From positions 620,001 through 684,000 of the forward strand of contig OZ287079.1 in the NCBI GenBank assembly GCA_965645245.1: DNA of 64,000 nt, in the 5' to 3' direction. The position numbers and the translations under genes are program-made. Within the stretch, counting starts at the first letter, position 1; each line of letters starts with the position of its first letter. The notes beneath the pieces were generated by a model that did no database searches, was not told the DNA's origin, and saw only the letters and a program-made list of their open reading frames with translations. The DNA comes from Massalongia carnosa. Taxonomy: Eukaryota. Positions 11,848 through 21,887 of this stretch are shown here, in pieces.

Positions 11848-13508
11848 AAAGCTTCATCCATGTCTCTCGAGGGAGTCGTTTTCGATTGGGTAGGGATTTG
11901 TACTTCCAAGTGGGCCCCTTGCGGAGCGGTCGCGGTGGGATTGTGGGTGGGGGGCGGAGCAGTTAGGGTGACTGCTGGTTTGGATGGGAGAGGGATGGGA
12001 GGAGATAGGGTAGTAGGGGGGCAGGGGGCACTATTGACAGCGTTGGGGGGTCTACCCAGAGTGGGGTTCGCCATCGCCCTTATTCTGTTTGCCGGGTTCA
12101 TGATCTCGATGTCCTTCCATGTGATTCCGATCTCGGCACCTGGTAGGCTCCTCGGCTGATTCGCCTGTGTGGCGGATTGGGTTATTGTGCGCGATATTTT
12201 CCTTTTTTTCCCATTAATAAGACTCCATGTGGTAGGTAAGTCTTCCGTCCGTAAGTCTAGGTCTACCGTTGTAGTCCCTGCCTCTGCTGGGGGGTTGCTG
12301 GCTCCGAAATTGAATGCTGGCGCCACCGCCAGCCCTTCAGCTTCGTATAGATGCGCTTTTCTTTTCCTTGCGTCGTTTACTTTCTTCTTCTCCTTCGTTC
12401 GAACCACACACACAGGGGACCACGCTGGGTGACCAGGCTTCTCGCACGTGGCACACATGGGGTGGGCTCCGGTCGTCTCGGGATTGCACTCGTGCGTAGG
12501 ATGTCCGCCGGCACAGCGCCCACAGGCCGTGGGGTGTTTACACCATTTGCTGATATGCCCATACTTATAGCAATTGAAGCATTGCACTAGTATGTTATTT
12601 TTGTGAAATCTTTCACAGTGCTTGATCTCGTAGTCTACGAGTAGACCTTCGTTGATGAGCCTGTTGGCCATCGGTGCAGTTTCAACTTCCATGTGCAGCG
12701 TAGAGTGCACTTTTCCTTCTCTGATGGCCTTGTTGGACCAAGCGACCTTTACGATCTTCAGTCCCGCATGCAGTCGGGCATTAACGGCATGTAGGTACTC
12801 AATGGCTCTCGTCTGATTGGTGACGTCGATGTGTTGCATCCTGACGCCACGTACCTGTATGGCAAAGGTACGCCTTTGAACCGCTGCCGATGCGGCTACT
12901 TCACGCACCCAGCCCGTATTGTCATACAGTGACTTCTTAATCGCTGCCGTTTCGGTGTGTATCCTAATGTCTCCACTGTTGAGACGCGATACTCCTATTA
13001 TTCCTGCATTTCTCTTCTGTAGCGCCTCCACCAAGTCCTTTGTGGACGTTTGCTTTATTCTTTCTCGGTCCTCGCTCTTCGTCACTCGTATGGTGAGTTC
13101 CCTTGCCCTTTTGATCATACTTGGTGTTTGTTCCTTCGCTTTCTGCGTCTTTACGTTGTTTAGAGTGCTTCGAACCGGCACAGATCCGCCCTCATTGAGG
13201 TGTCCCGCCGCGGCGACGGCGGCATAGTTTCTTGCTGTTGGGATCTCCTTTCTGCTTTCAATTCTCTGTAGAGTGCTTTTGATATCATTTAGAGCAGATA
13301 CCACGTGTGTGGTGTCGTGCGATTTTTTGTCTAATTGATTTTGTGCCTCCAGCACAATTTTCGATTCCTGCAAAATTTGCAACGCTACCGGGTCTCCTAC
13401 GTTACCCACACGGTCAAGATACTCTTTGATTTTAATTACCAGAGACTCTTTCGCCTTTCTATGCTCACTTTCGCACTGTGCACTTCTTGGTACGAGATTT
13501 TCGTTCAT
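11844..13508 (-). CDS. LINE ORF1 (gag-like, three zinc knuckles)
   Basis: QCFNCYKYGHISKWC, CGRCAGGHPTHEC, CATCEKPGHPAWSPVC; stop overlaps ORF2 start (ATGA). Confidence 0.93.
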   Translation of the reverse strand: MNENLVPRSAQCESEHRKAKESLVIKIKEYLDRVGNVGDPVALQILQESKIVLEAQNQLDKKSHDTTHVVSALNDIKSTLQRIESRKEIPTARNYAAVAAAGHLNEGGSVPVRSTLNNVKTQKAKEQTPSMIKRARELTIRVTKSEDRERIKQTSTKDLVEALQKRNAGIIGVSRLNSGDIRIHTETAAIKKSLYDNTGWVREVAASAAVQRRTFAIQVRGVRMQHIDVTNQTRAIEYLHAVNARLHAGLKIVKVAWSNKAIREGKVHSTLHMEVETAPMANRLINEGLLVDYEIKHCERFHKNNILVQCFNCYKYGHISKWCKHPTACGRCAGGHPTHECNPETTGAHPMCATCEKPGHPAWSPVCVVRTKEKKKVNDARKRKAHLYEAEGLAVAPAFNFGASNPPAEAGTTTVDLDLRTEDLPTTWSLINGKKRKISRTITQSATQANQPRSLPGAEIGITWKDIEIMNPANRIRAMANPTLGRPPNAVNSAPCPPTTLSPPIPLPSKPAVTLTAPPPTHNPTATAPQGAHLEVQIPTQSKTTPSRDMDEAL

Positions 13509-13540
13509 GGTCGCCCGAAACTAATCCGTGGAACGCGTTC

Positions 13541-14646
13541 TGCTCCAAGCCCATATCCTAGTGAAAATTTATCTAACACTTGGTGGCTTGATTGTAGTCT
13601 GATGAACTTTGATCTATCATCGGCTTGTATCCTAGTGAACTTTTACCTATCACTTGGTGGCTTGATTGTAACCTGATGAACTTTGATCTATCATCGGCTT
13701 CTATCCTAATGAACTTTATCTATCACTTGGTGGCTTGATTGTAACCTGATGAACTTTGATCTATCATCGGCTTGTATCCTAGTGAACTTTTATCTATCAC
13801 TTGACGACAAGAAAAAACAGAGTCTGAACAGGGATATACCGTTTTCATTTAACAGGCACAGGGCCTGTTAAATGAAACAGGGATCTTCCACTTTCACTAC
13901 TTCCATGTTTTCCCTTCTGTAGCGTTCAAGAAATCTCTTTTGGCAAGGAAGGACTACTTTTCCAAGATGGGTCTGTATCTCTTCCTGCTCCCTGAACCTA
14001 GTTGATATAGTGGTATCCTTTGGTCTTTAGGGGTTCATCGTTCCTTCTAATCTCCAGGCATACACGTTATTCAAAGGTTTGTTGAGATTGCCTTGGGCCT
14101 TTGGGCTAACGGCCTGTCTGGTGTCCAAGGTCTTTGTAGGTATTGTGCATTTGAATTTCGTGTAATGATGCATGTGCGTAGTTCACGATAGATAATCGTG
14201 GTGAGGTAAATTCTAAGTACGCAAAGAAATTTTTTAGTATTGCATCTAAGGGGTTTTTTTTGTAAACGATGATGCTTAGCTATTATGCACTGTAGTGCTG
14301 CGGATAAGCAATTCGATTCGTGACTGAATCGATAGCGCCCTTCCGGGCTCATAACCTGTTGAAATAGTTATATGACTACGGCTATATGGCTATGATAAAA
14401 ATGGTATGTATGACCGTGATGTTAAGGATGAAGAGTGCTGTTCAGCAGTCTTTGTCCCATAACTGGTCACCCTCTGCTAAGCGAGGTGATAAGATTATCT
14501 GAGCCGATCTTATCTAATCTCTAGGCTAAGCCTAATATAGCATCTACGGTTTCTGTAGGTGCTCTGTCCATCTTGGGCAGTCGTAGGTGCTATGTTCATT
14601 GAACTGGTAGGTGTTCACTGTACTGGTAGGAGTTGAATATTCAACA
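13541..14646 (-). mobile_element. copia copy B: 5' LTR (14357-14646), PBS and leader only, inverted relative to copy A; a few more bases at 8210-8229 beyond the LINE
   Basis: Reverse complement of 3090-4133 with one extra 74 bp unit (13554-13803) and a small indel near 14260. Confidence 0.95.
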
Positions 14647-14772
14647 ATTGCTCATCAACTAAAACAATGCTTCTTAATTGATAATATTTCAACGAAGTCG
14701 TTTGAAAATCAGTAGCAAGCGGCTACAATTTCTTTCACCAATCAGGTCCTTTGCCCAAGTCTGAAGGATCTA

Positions 14773-16640
14773 CGGAGGCGAATCTCAAAACTAATGATAA
14801 TTCGCTAAAGACTAGCGCTGTAATTTAGATTTTCCATACCGAGCCTGAAATTCTACCAACTATCTACAAATGCCATTACCAACCATCTAATCAACGTCTT
14901 TTTGGTCTGAAACTGGCTGCAGTATGAACCACCTTTTGAATGCGTGGGGGAAGGTGATTTTTCGGAGATAAAACGGCTCTTTTTCTCAATAAGGGGGGTG
15001 TCAATGGCTTCTGTGTAGGGGGCTCAGGGGTAACTGCCCTGACATTCAACGGGCTGGGTGTATCATCATTTGATTGTCTGGATGATGGTCTCGTTGACGC
15101 CACAGAAGAAGAAGAAGAAGAAGAAGAAGCTGGTTTTGCTGTATTACTGAGCAATTCTTCCCTCAGCTGTTGAAGTCGCATTTTTCCTTCTTTGGTCCGT
15201 CCATCAACGTCCAAACGTCCTTCGCAATACTCATTTCCACCTTCCAATTCAATGACTTTTGCAATGTGACATGGAATTCTTTCAATCCATGCCTGAATAT
15301 TCTCCTGAGGTAGATCGTCCCAAGTGCGATGCCACATAGATTCAGCAATTAACTGAGAACTAGGAGGACCTTTGGCAGTTGTACGTCGCTTCATCCAGGG
15401 CCAGCAGGGTTCAATCATGTTGAGATCAGGAGAATTTCCGGGCCATAAAAGACGCTCGATGCTATGACGAGAGAAGATGGGAATCTGATGCTTGGAAGCA
15501 TGAGACGGAGCCTTATCTTCCTGTACGATCATTTCAGACAATCCGGCTTCTCTTCTTTTTGCATTGCATTGCTGAGCAAAAGGAATCAGTTTTGGCAGAA
15601 GTATGACGTTTTGATACCGCCACCAATCAATGCCTCCTTTACCTTCTTTTCTGATCATCTTTCCATGTTCCTCATCCCATTTCCATTGCGGCTTTTTTCC
15701 TGGTAAATTGCGAGTTGAAAGACGTCTCATTCCATTGGTCAGCTCCCAATTTAATCTCTCACTGGCTTCCAATGCAGCATTCATCTCGTCAAGCTTGGTT
15801 TTGGCTTCCGCTTTTTCCGCTTTTGTCTCCGGTTTCCAGCAATGACATGGCCCCTTCCAATCGTAGGAAAAGCATCCCCAAAACATGAATTCATGAGCCC
15901 CATGCCACCTAGCACGTACGGTGGATTTGCCTGGTCTTCTTCCTTTCTTGGTTGTACGCCAAATTTTGACAGCTCCGCGACGGTGACTAAGCACTATTGC
16001 TGTTTCATCTGACCAAATAACCCGCTTCCAATCCTCCACGGTCCAGTCTTTATACAGGAGACAAAAAGCCAGTCTAGCCGCTTTCATTTCAGGAGTAAGC
16101 CCTGGTCTATACGACGGTTTGACTTTTTTATAGCCTCTTTGTTTCAGGATTCTCCACACGGTGCATCTGGACAGTCCAACTTCTCTTGCCAACTGGGCAC
16201 TAGTTTTTTCACGGGCGTATCTGTCTTTTATGACTAGATCAATGACTTCATCTTCTTTCTCAGTAGTAGCCTTTCTCGGTCGACCAGATTTTTCTTCATG
16301 ACGGGCGTATTTATCAAGCACCTGCAAAGAAATGGCGGGATCAAATCCTCGATCCCTGGCAATGCGACGAATACGATAAATGTTGGGGACAGAATAACCT
16401 GTAGTAGCTGCAATAAATTCAATTGAGGCCGGGGTGCAATAAGACAACGTCAAGACCTGAGCCCGCAAAGAAATATCAGCTGATTTATTGACCATGATGA
16501 TGATTTGATCAAATGTTGGTTCGTAAATGATTTGGGATGAGAAAAGGGGAAAGAAAAGGGGAAATTTTGCTCGGTACGGAAAATTTAAATTACGGCACTA
16601 GCTTTTAGCGTATTATCATTACTTTTGAGATTCGCCTCTG
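14773..16640 (-). mobile_element. Tc1/mariner-superfamily DNA transposon, 1868 bp
   Basis: About 72 bp imperfect TIRs (14773-14844; 16569-16640; C(A/G)GAGGCGAATCTCAAAA...), TA on both flanks. Confidence 0.93.
14891..16495 (-). CDS. Tc1-type DD34E transposase (534 aa, uninterrupted)
   Basis: SGRPRK plus HTH; WSDET, QEDKAPSH, WPGNSPDLNMIE with 34 residues between second D and E. Confidence 0.93.
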   Translation of the reverse strand: MVNKSADISLRAQVLTLSYCTPASIEFIAATTGYSVPNIYRIRRIARDRGFDPAISLQVLDKYARHEEKSGRPRKATTEKEDEVIDLVIKDRYAREKTSAQLAREVGLSRCTVWRILKQRGYKKVKPSYRPGLTPEMKAARLAFCLLYKDWTVEDWKRVIWSDETAIVLSHRRGAVKIWRTTKKGRRPGKSTVRARWHGAHEFMFWGCFSYDWKGPCHCWKPETKAEKAEAKTKLDEMNAALEASERLNWELTNGMRRLSTRNLPGKKPQWKWDEEHGKMIRKEGKGGIDWWRYQNVILLPKLIPFAQQCNAKRREAGLSEMIVQEDKAPSHASKHQIPIFSRHSIERLLWPGNSPDLNMIEPCWPWMKRRTTAKGPPSSQLIAESMWHRTWDDLPQENIQAWIERIPCHIAKVIELEGGNEYCEGRLDVDGRTKEGKMRLQQLREELLSNTAKPASSSSSSSSVASTRPSSRQSNDDTPSPLNVRAVTPEPPTQKPLTPPLLRKRAVLSPKNHLPPRIQKVVHTAASFRPKRR

Positions 16641-17654
16641 TATACGTCCGTTGTTTATTTTCAAGAATCGTTTGATATTTTCAAATCGATTCAGAGACAT
16701 AGCCTCCTAAATAGATACGAAAACAGGCTTATCAGGATATTTATTTCAATAGCCGCTCTCCGAAGACGCATGATACAAGCCCATAAACAAAAGAACGCCC
16801 AGAAACACCTTGATCTCAGGTCCAATAACGTCATGCCATGCGCGATGATTATTCTCCTTCTCCTTCTTTATATAGTCGTGTGCCTTGATATTGATATGAT
16901 ACGCGATGGTGCGATAATGCTGAGCTGAAATGAACAGTTGAAACAATTCAAGAGGCGAATCAGCAAGGCCTTTAGCTAGTGATTTAGGAGGTCTGTCATC
17001 AACTGATACGGAAGTGTAATTGGGGGAGGGAAGTGGAATATCGGCCAAAATGCTTTCGACGGTGCGCTTGCTATTGATTTTGTGCTGCTTTGCTGAGATA
17101 GGGGATTTATCTGAAACACTAGGAATCTCTTCTTCATTTAGTCCCATGTTTTGCAATTAAATATGAGATGATAATCACAATAATTGATGAACAATTAAAT
17201 CAGTTCGTGAGGTTGAGAATGGTGATGCTTGGGGTTAAAAAGGTAAACAAAATTTTGATGTTCTGATTACTAATGCAAAGCAGCTAATTACTAGTGCGAG
17301 GGGGTGGTGCCTTCGCAGCGACGAATGCGATACCAGATCTTTCTTCACGTTTTGCATAAGATTTACAATGAACTTCGCAATATAGGGAAACAAGAGTGAC
17401 GACGCCATGCTATGACTGGTCTTCAAGCTGCTTCGTCCGGGGATGCTGGTCCATGGATTGAGGGGCAAAGAGATACTGACGTGTTGACTTGCGTGATTTT
17501 ACGTATTACATCATGACTATCTCCTCCCAAACTTGTGATCAATTAGAACAGCGCCAAATTTCCTCCTCGCCCTTCTCATCTTTCAAGCAAATATTCTAAT
17601 CTATTAAATCCTCGAGACACTTATTTCTACTACAAAAGTAGTGTTATATCTACA

Positions 17655-18278
17655 ATGCCTCAACAACTCACAGCCGACGAAATCAATTCCAAGACTGACC
17701 CTTCGGTGTCCAAGCAGTACGATAACGATACGCCCAAGGATCAGCAGTTTCAGGAATTCTACAAGACTGCCGATTCCCTAAAAGCCTGCCTCCTTACCAC
17801 CATTCGCCCTGGCATTGGGCCCGTCTCGCGCTCAATGGCTGTCGCCAAGCGCGTCGGCCCTGATTTTCTGTTTCTCGCAAACATTCACTCGAAGAAATTT
17901 AAAGATTTAGAGCACAGCAAGGACGTTGAGGTTACATTCCAAAACAGCAGCACGCAGGATTGGGCTAGTGTTACCGGTACCGCCACCTCTACCTCAAATG
18001 ATGATCCAAGGATCAAGGAATTGTATAGCCCGATCGTGAGCGCATGGTTCGGAGATCTAGGTGATGGGGTGCACACTGGGAAGGCGGAAGATCCTCGTTT
18101 TGCGTTGATTGAGGTCAAATCCAAGTACATCACCTATTGGAACAGCACGGTCACAAGCCTTGGGTTTTTGAAAGAGGTTGGACTATCGGCTTTGACTGGG
18201 AAGGTGGCAGATAACGGCGTTCTCAGGGAGTTACATGAGGGGGATATCAACGCTGCGAGGGCGAAGGAATCGTCTTAG
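17655..18278 (+). CDS. bli-3: Bli-3-like FMN-binding split-barrel (pyridoxamine oxidase-like) protein
   Basis: KTDPSVSKQYD, VSRSMAVAKR.GPDFLFLAN, AWFGDLGDGVHTG motifs recognised. Confidence 0.8.
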   Translation: MPQQLTADEINSKTDPSVSKQYDNDTPKDQQFQEFYKTADSLKACLLTTIRPGIGPVSRSMAVAKRVGPDFLFLANIHSKKFKDLEHSKDVEVTFQNSSTQDWASVTGTATSTSNDDPRIKELYSPIVSAWFGDLGDGVHTGKAEDPRFALIEVKSKYITYWNSTVTSLGFLKEVGLSALTGKVADNGVLRELHEGDINAARAKESS

Positions 18279-18839
18279 AGCTCAAGATAGGTTACGTCAG
18301 ATGCATGACAGCGCAATTCCCAGCAGTCTTCGAGTTCTAGTGAAAATCTCAAGCGGTTAAAGCGTTATGTTGGGGCATTCCGTGAAGTCTATAACATAAA
18401 CTAGTTTAAGGATTGCAAACAGTTGCTTCACATTATCTTTTGTACCCATTTTTCTATGCTCTGCTAATACGATGTCGTCCGTGCTGATATTCTTCAAAGC
18501 AAGTAGAGAGACCCGTTATCTTGCCAACATCAATAATTTTTATCATGCACACATACAGCTACCGAAAAATAAACATGTATACTAGACATACTGTCGCCAC
18601 CGTCTTCGCAAGATGTATCTGAAATACAGGATTGATTATCAGATCAAGACCCTTGAACGATTTAGTAAATATTAGTATAAGAAGCTAAATCCTAAACCAA
18701 CATAAATAATCCAGAGCTTCTAGGAAACGAAGCTTACACTATATCAAGACATCCATGAGGCCATTACTCTGAAGCCTGAACCTGGTGCAAAACGGGAATG
18801 ATTAACTTTATATGATCTTGCTGCGACCTAGGTAATCAT

Positions 18840-19908
18840 TTAAAGTTTTGGCTTAAATGGCATCTTGACAACAGCTCTATGCTCCTTTTTCGCCTCAGAG
18901 AAGGCCCTCCCTAATTTAAGATCTTCCATAATACGTTTATCTGCTTCTGCCTGCGAGGCCAACAGCTCAATGGCGCTCAATGCAAGCTGTTTTGGCAAGC
19001 AAACAACCCCATTTAGGTCAGCGATAAGATAGTCCCCGGGGTCAATGAAAATCTCTTGGTCCTTGCTCTGGAGTTTTGCTCGAGTATTGATCTTTGCATA
19101 TTTTTAGCACAAAGAACATCTATAGTTTACTAAGAACATTTCGTCACAAAACATACTTCGCCGACTACAAGGAGCTCATGCGGTGCCGTGGTCCCTACAT
19201 TCCTTGCAAACACCTGGCTTGGTCAGAGCCAATACATTTACTTCAACGCCGGCGGGTATGAGTGCAGACTAACAGGATAATCCAGTTCTCGATGTTCTTC
19301 AAGATCACGAATTCTCCCATCAACAATCGTTCCAGCAGCGCCGAGATAACTGGCACGTGTGCTCATTAAACCGCCATAAACTGCATTGACAACCCTTGCA
19401 GGTGCAGATATGAAGAGTACGGAGCCAGCCGGAATCGCATCAATCTGATAGGATTTATTTTAGCAGGCATAATGTGAAGTCGAAGTAAAATACCCAACTG
19501 TAAAGCCAACATCCAGTGGGAACAAGGAGTATGTTCTCAATTAAACACTCTTCTTCGGATCATAAAACTTACATAGTGCCCCTTAAGCGTTGACACAGGA
19601 ATGTTGGTTTTTTTCACGTACTTGACCGTATATGCAGGACCAATGATTTTGGTGGAGCCTTCTTGACGTTTGGGAGACCACATAGTACTTGAAAGACTTA
19701 GCAACTCGTTTCCCTTGAAATAATCGTATATGAAAATCTTTTCACCTTACAGTTGGCTGAGAAACCCTCCAGAAGGCTGGTTGAGCTTAAGTAAAGCATC
19801 GGCGACGTCGCAACTAAGGTATAGTAAGATCATTTGTAGGAAACAATCAATGACCTCATATCACCTTGAGTATTTTTGCAACGCATGAACAAGCTGAGCT
19901 TGATGCAT
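18840..19908 (-). CDS. RraA-like / HMG-CHA aldolase family protein (multi-exon, absent from ORF track)
   Basis: Manual splice: CDVADALLKL..GGFL, KIIGPAYTVKY, NAVYGGLMSTRA..GTIVDGRIRDL.EH, DPGDYLIADLNGVV. Confidence 0.85.
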
Positions 19909-20152
19909 GATCCACACTATATTGTGCGTCAAAGAAAGCTGATGTTGTAAGAATGAAGGCCGCCTCTTAGGGTAATTTATTAGGTATCGTAACAATCCAC
20001 GTGCCTCGCAAAGTAAGTTATGGTACTCCGTACGGAGTAACTTACTGTACAGCGTGAACTGGATCCTCTTCGACGTTTTGCATATCCATTGTATCAATTC
20101 TCATCATTTGGTCATGATTCCCCTTCCTTAAATAAATCGTCTCAAATTTACT

Positions 20153-21887
20153 ATGCGGCGTGTCAAAATATTCTCCGGATCATCTCATCCTCTTCTCGTT
20201 GATGCAATATGCGAACGTCTAGGCACAACCCCTGCCAGCTGTGAGCTGAAGAAATTCAGCAATGGCGAGACGTCTGTTAGCATCAACACATCCATTCGAG
20301 ACCAGGATGTTTTCATTGTTCAAAGTGGCAGTGAAAAGGTCAATGACAGTGTTATGGAGCTTCTAATCATGATTTCTGCCTGTAAAGGTGGCAGCGCAAA
20401 GTCAATTACAGGTCAGTCCTTGAGCGGATACGATGGACTTGACTGACCATTGTAGCTGTAATGCCGTATGTGTAGTCTGTCTTTCGTTTGCCTCCAGCTA
20501 AAGTCAGCAAGATACTTTCCTTACTCCCGCCAATCGAAGAAAAAGTCCCACAGAGGTGCTATTGCAGCCCGCATGGTAGCTAATCTACTCTCAATAGCCG
20601 GCGTACATCATGTCATCACCGTCGACCTACATGTACGTACCTAGCCGGTCAATTTCTTGCATTGACTAAAGTTTGCAGGCTCCACCAACCCAAGGTTTCT
20701 TCGGCAAACCGGTTGATAACCTTCACGCCGAGCCTCTTATAGCAAGATGGATTCGGAACAATGTTCCCGATTGGAAAGAGGCAGTGGTTGTTAGTAAAAA
20801 TCCTGGAGGCTCAAAACGCGTCACTTCGTTAGCGGATGCCCTCAAGCTCAATTTTGGCATTGTCACTACAGAACGTAGGCGAACACCATTGAGCGGAAGC
20901 ATGATATTAGAAAGTGGATATATAGAGAACATGAGTGAGTTGCCGAGCCGCCGTGGTCCATCGGCGGAAGTCGATGGAGAGGTGCAAGCAGGTTCCCCGT
21001 TAGAAGCGGAAGACTCTTTGCCTCAACGCCGGAGCTCCCAACGAACAAGAGCTCAGGCAAACGGGGCTCCCACAGCCGCTTCTCCAGCGCATCGCCCAAC
21101 CAATAGTCATGTTGGGTCAAGTCCTCTCTTTCGGTCCAGCCGAATCGATTCTCAGTCTCCACCAGCGTCTCGTGCGCCAATACAACGAAACACTGAAACA
21201 AGCAGTCTTGCAAGCGGAGCAGGTACGGAAAGTGATTCAGCGGATGAGTACACAGATGAACGGGCCAGGGAAGTAATTACAGGCCGTTTAGTACAGGGGC
21301 ATATTGTTGATGATGATTACCCATCGCCAATCTTGTCAACGATGTCTAGTTCGGTTGCAACCCTACCAGGGGACGCTCTTGGGCAATCACAGTATGACGA
21401 TAGAGACCCAATGGCATCGTCGTTTTATTCTAATGCATCAGGCAATCAGGCTGACCAAATTGGAAGCAATTTTGATGCTGCAGCTGCGTCGGATGAGGAT
21501 GAAGGATTCAAGAACCCGGAGCTTGAGCATACCGTCACGCTAGTGGGAAACGTAAAGGACAAAGTCGTATTGATCATTGATGACTTGATCGACCAGTGTG
21601 GATCCTGGGTTGCAGCAGCTGAAACAGTGGTTAAAAAAGGCGAAGCGAAGAAGGTGTATTGCATTGCGACTCATGGCCTGTTTGGCTACGACTCCTTGGA
21701 GAAGATGGAGCAATGCCAATGCATCGATTTCATCGTAGTTACTAACTCTTACCCCATTGCTCCCGAAAGGATTCGAGGAACCACTAAGCTAATCGTTTTG
21801 GATATTTCCAATCTACTAGCAGAAGCCATCCGGCGTAACCACTATGGCGAGAGCATTTCATTGCTGTATCAACATTATCAAGACTGA
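20153..21887 (+). CDS. PRS1: Ribose-phosphate pyrophosphokinase, PRS1 type with long central non-homologous region
   Basis: KKFSNGET, ACKGGSAKSITAVMPYFPYSRQ, VVSKNPGGSKRV, LIIDDLID, AEAIRRNHYGES; introns at 20412-20455, 20466-20511 and about 20633-20678. Confidence 0.92.

Larger units (their letters stand above)
8230..13540 (-). mobile_element. Full-length Tad1-like LINE with two intact ORFs
   Basis: 14 bp TSD TGCTCCAAGCCCAT at 8216-8229 and 13541-13554; (ATC)n 3' tail; ORF1 plus ORF2. Confidence 0.95.
14647..17234 (-). pseudogene. piggyBac transposon relic (5' part), interrupted by the Tc1 element
   Basis: TTAA|CCCC terminus at 17238-17231; SPLELFQLF, WHDV..PEIKVFLGVLLFMG, AMSLNRFENIKRFLKINN (16643-17156), continuing at 14770-14647 as DW*KKL*PL...KYYQ..SIVLVDEQ; several stops. 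Confidence 0.8.

Noticed and set aside
13554..13803. CRISPR-like repeat array
   Set aside because: Head-to-tail 74 bp units without unique spacers, in a eukaryotic retrotransposon leader.
3085..14651. Single DNA transposon or DIRS-like element with 1 kb terminal inverted repeats
   Set aside because: Arms are ordinary copia 5' LTR plus leader; no TSD, no tyrosine recombinase, and the two flanks do not rejoin.
20880..21520. Long Ser-rich insertion in PRPP synthetase as a possible intein or novelty
   Set aside because: A central non-homologous region is a known feature of fungal Prs1; no intein terminal motifs.
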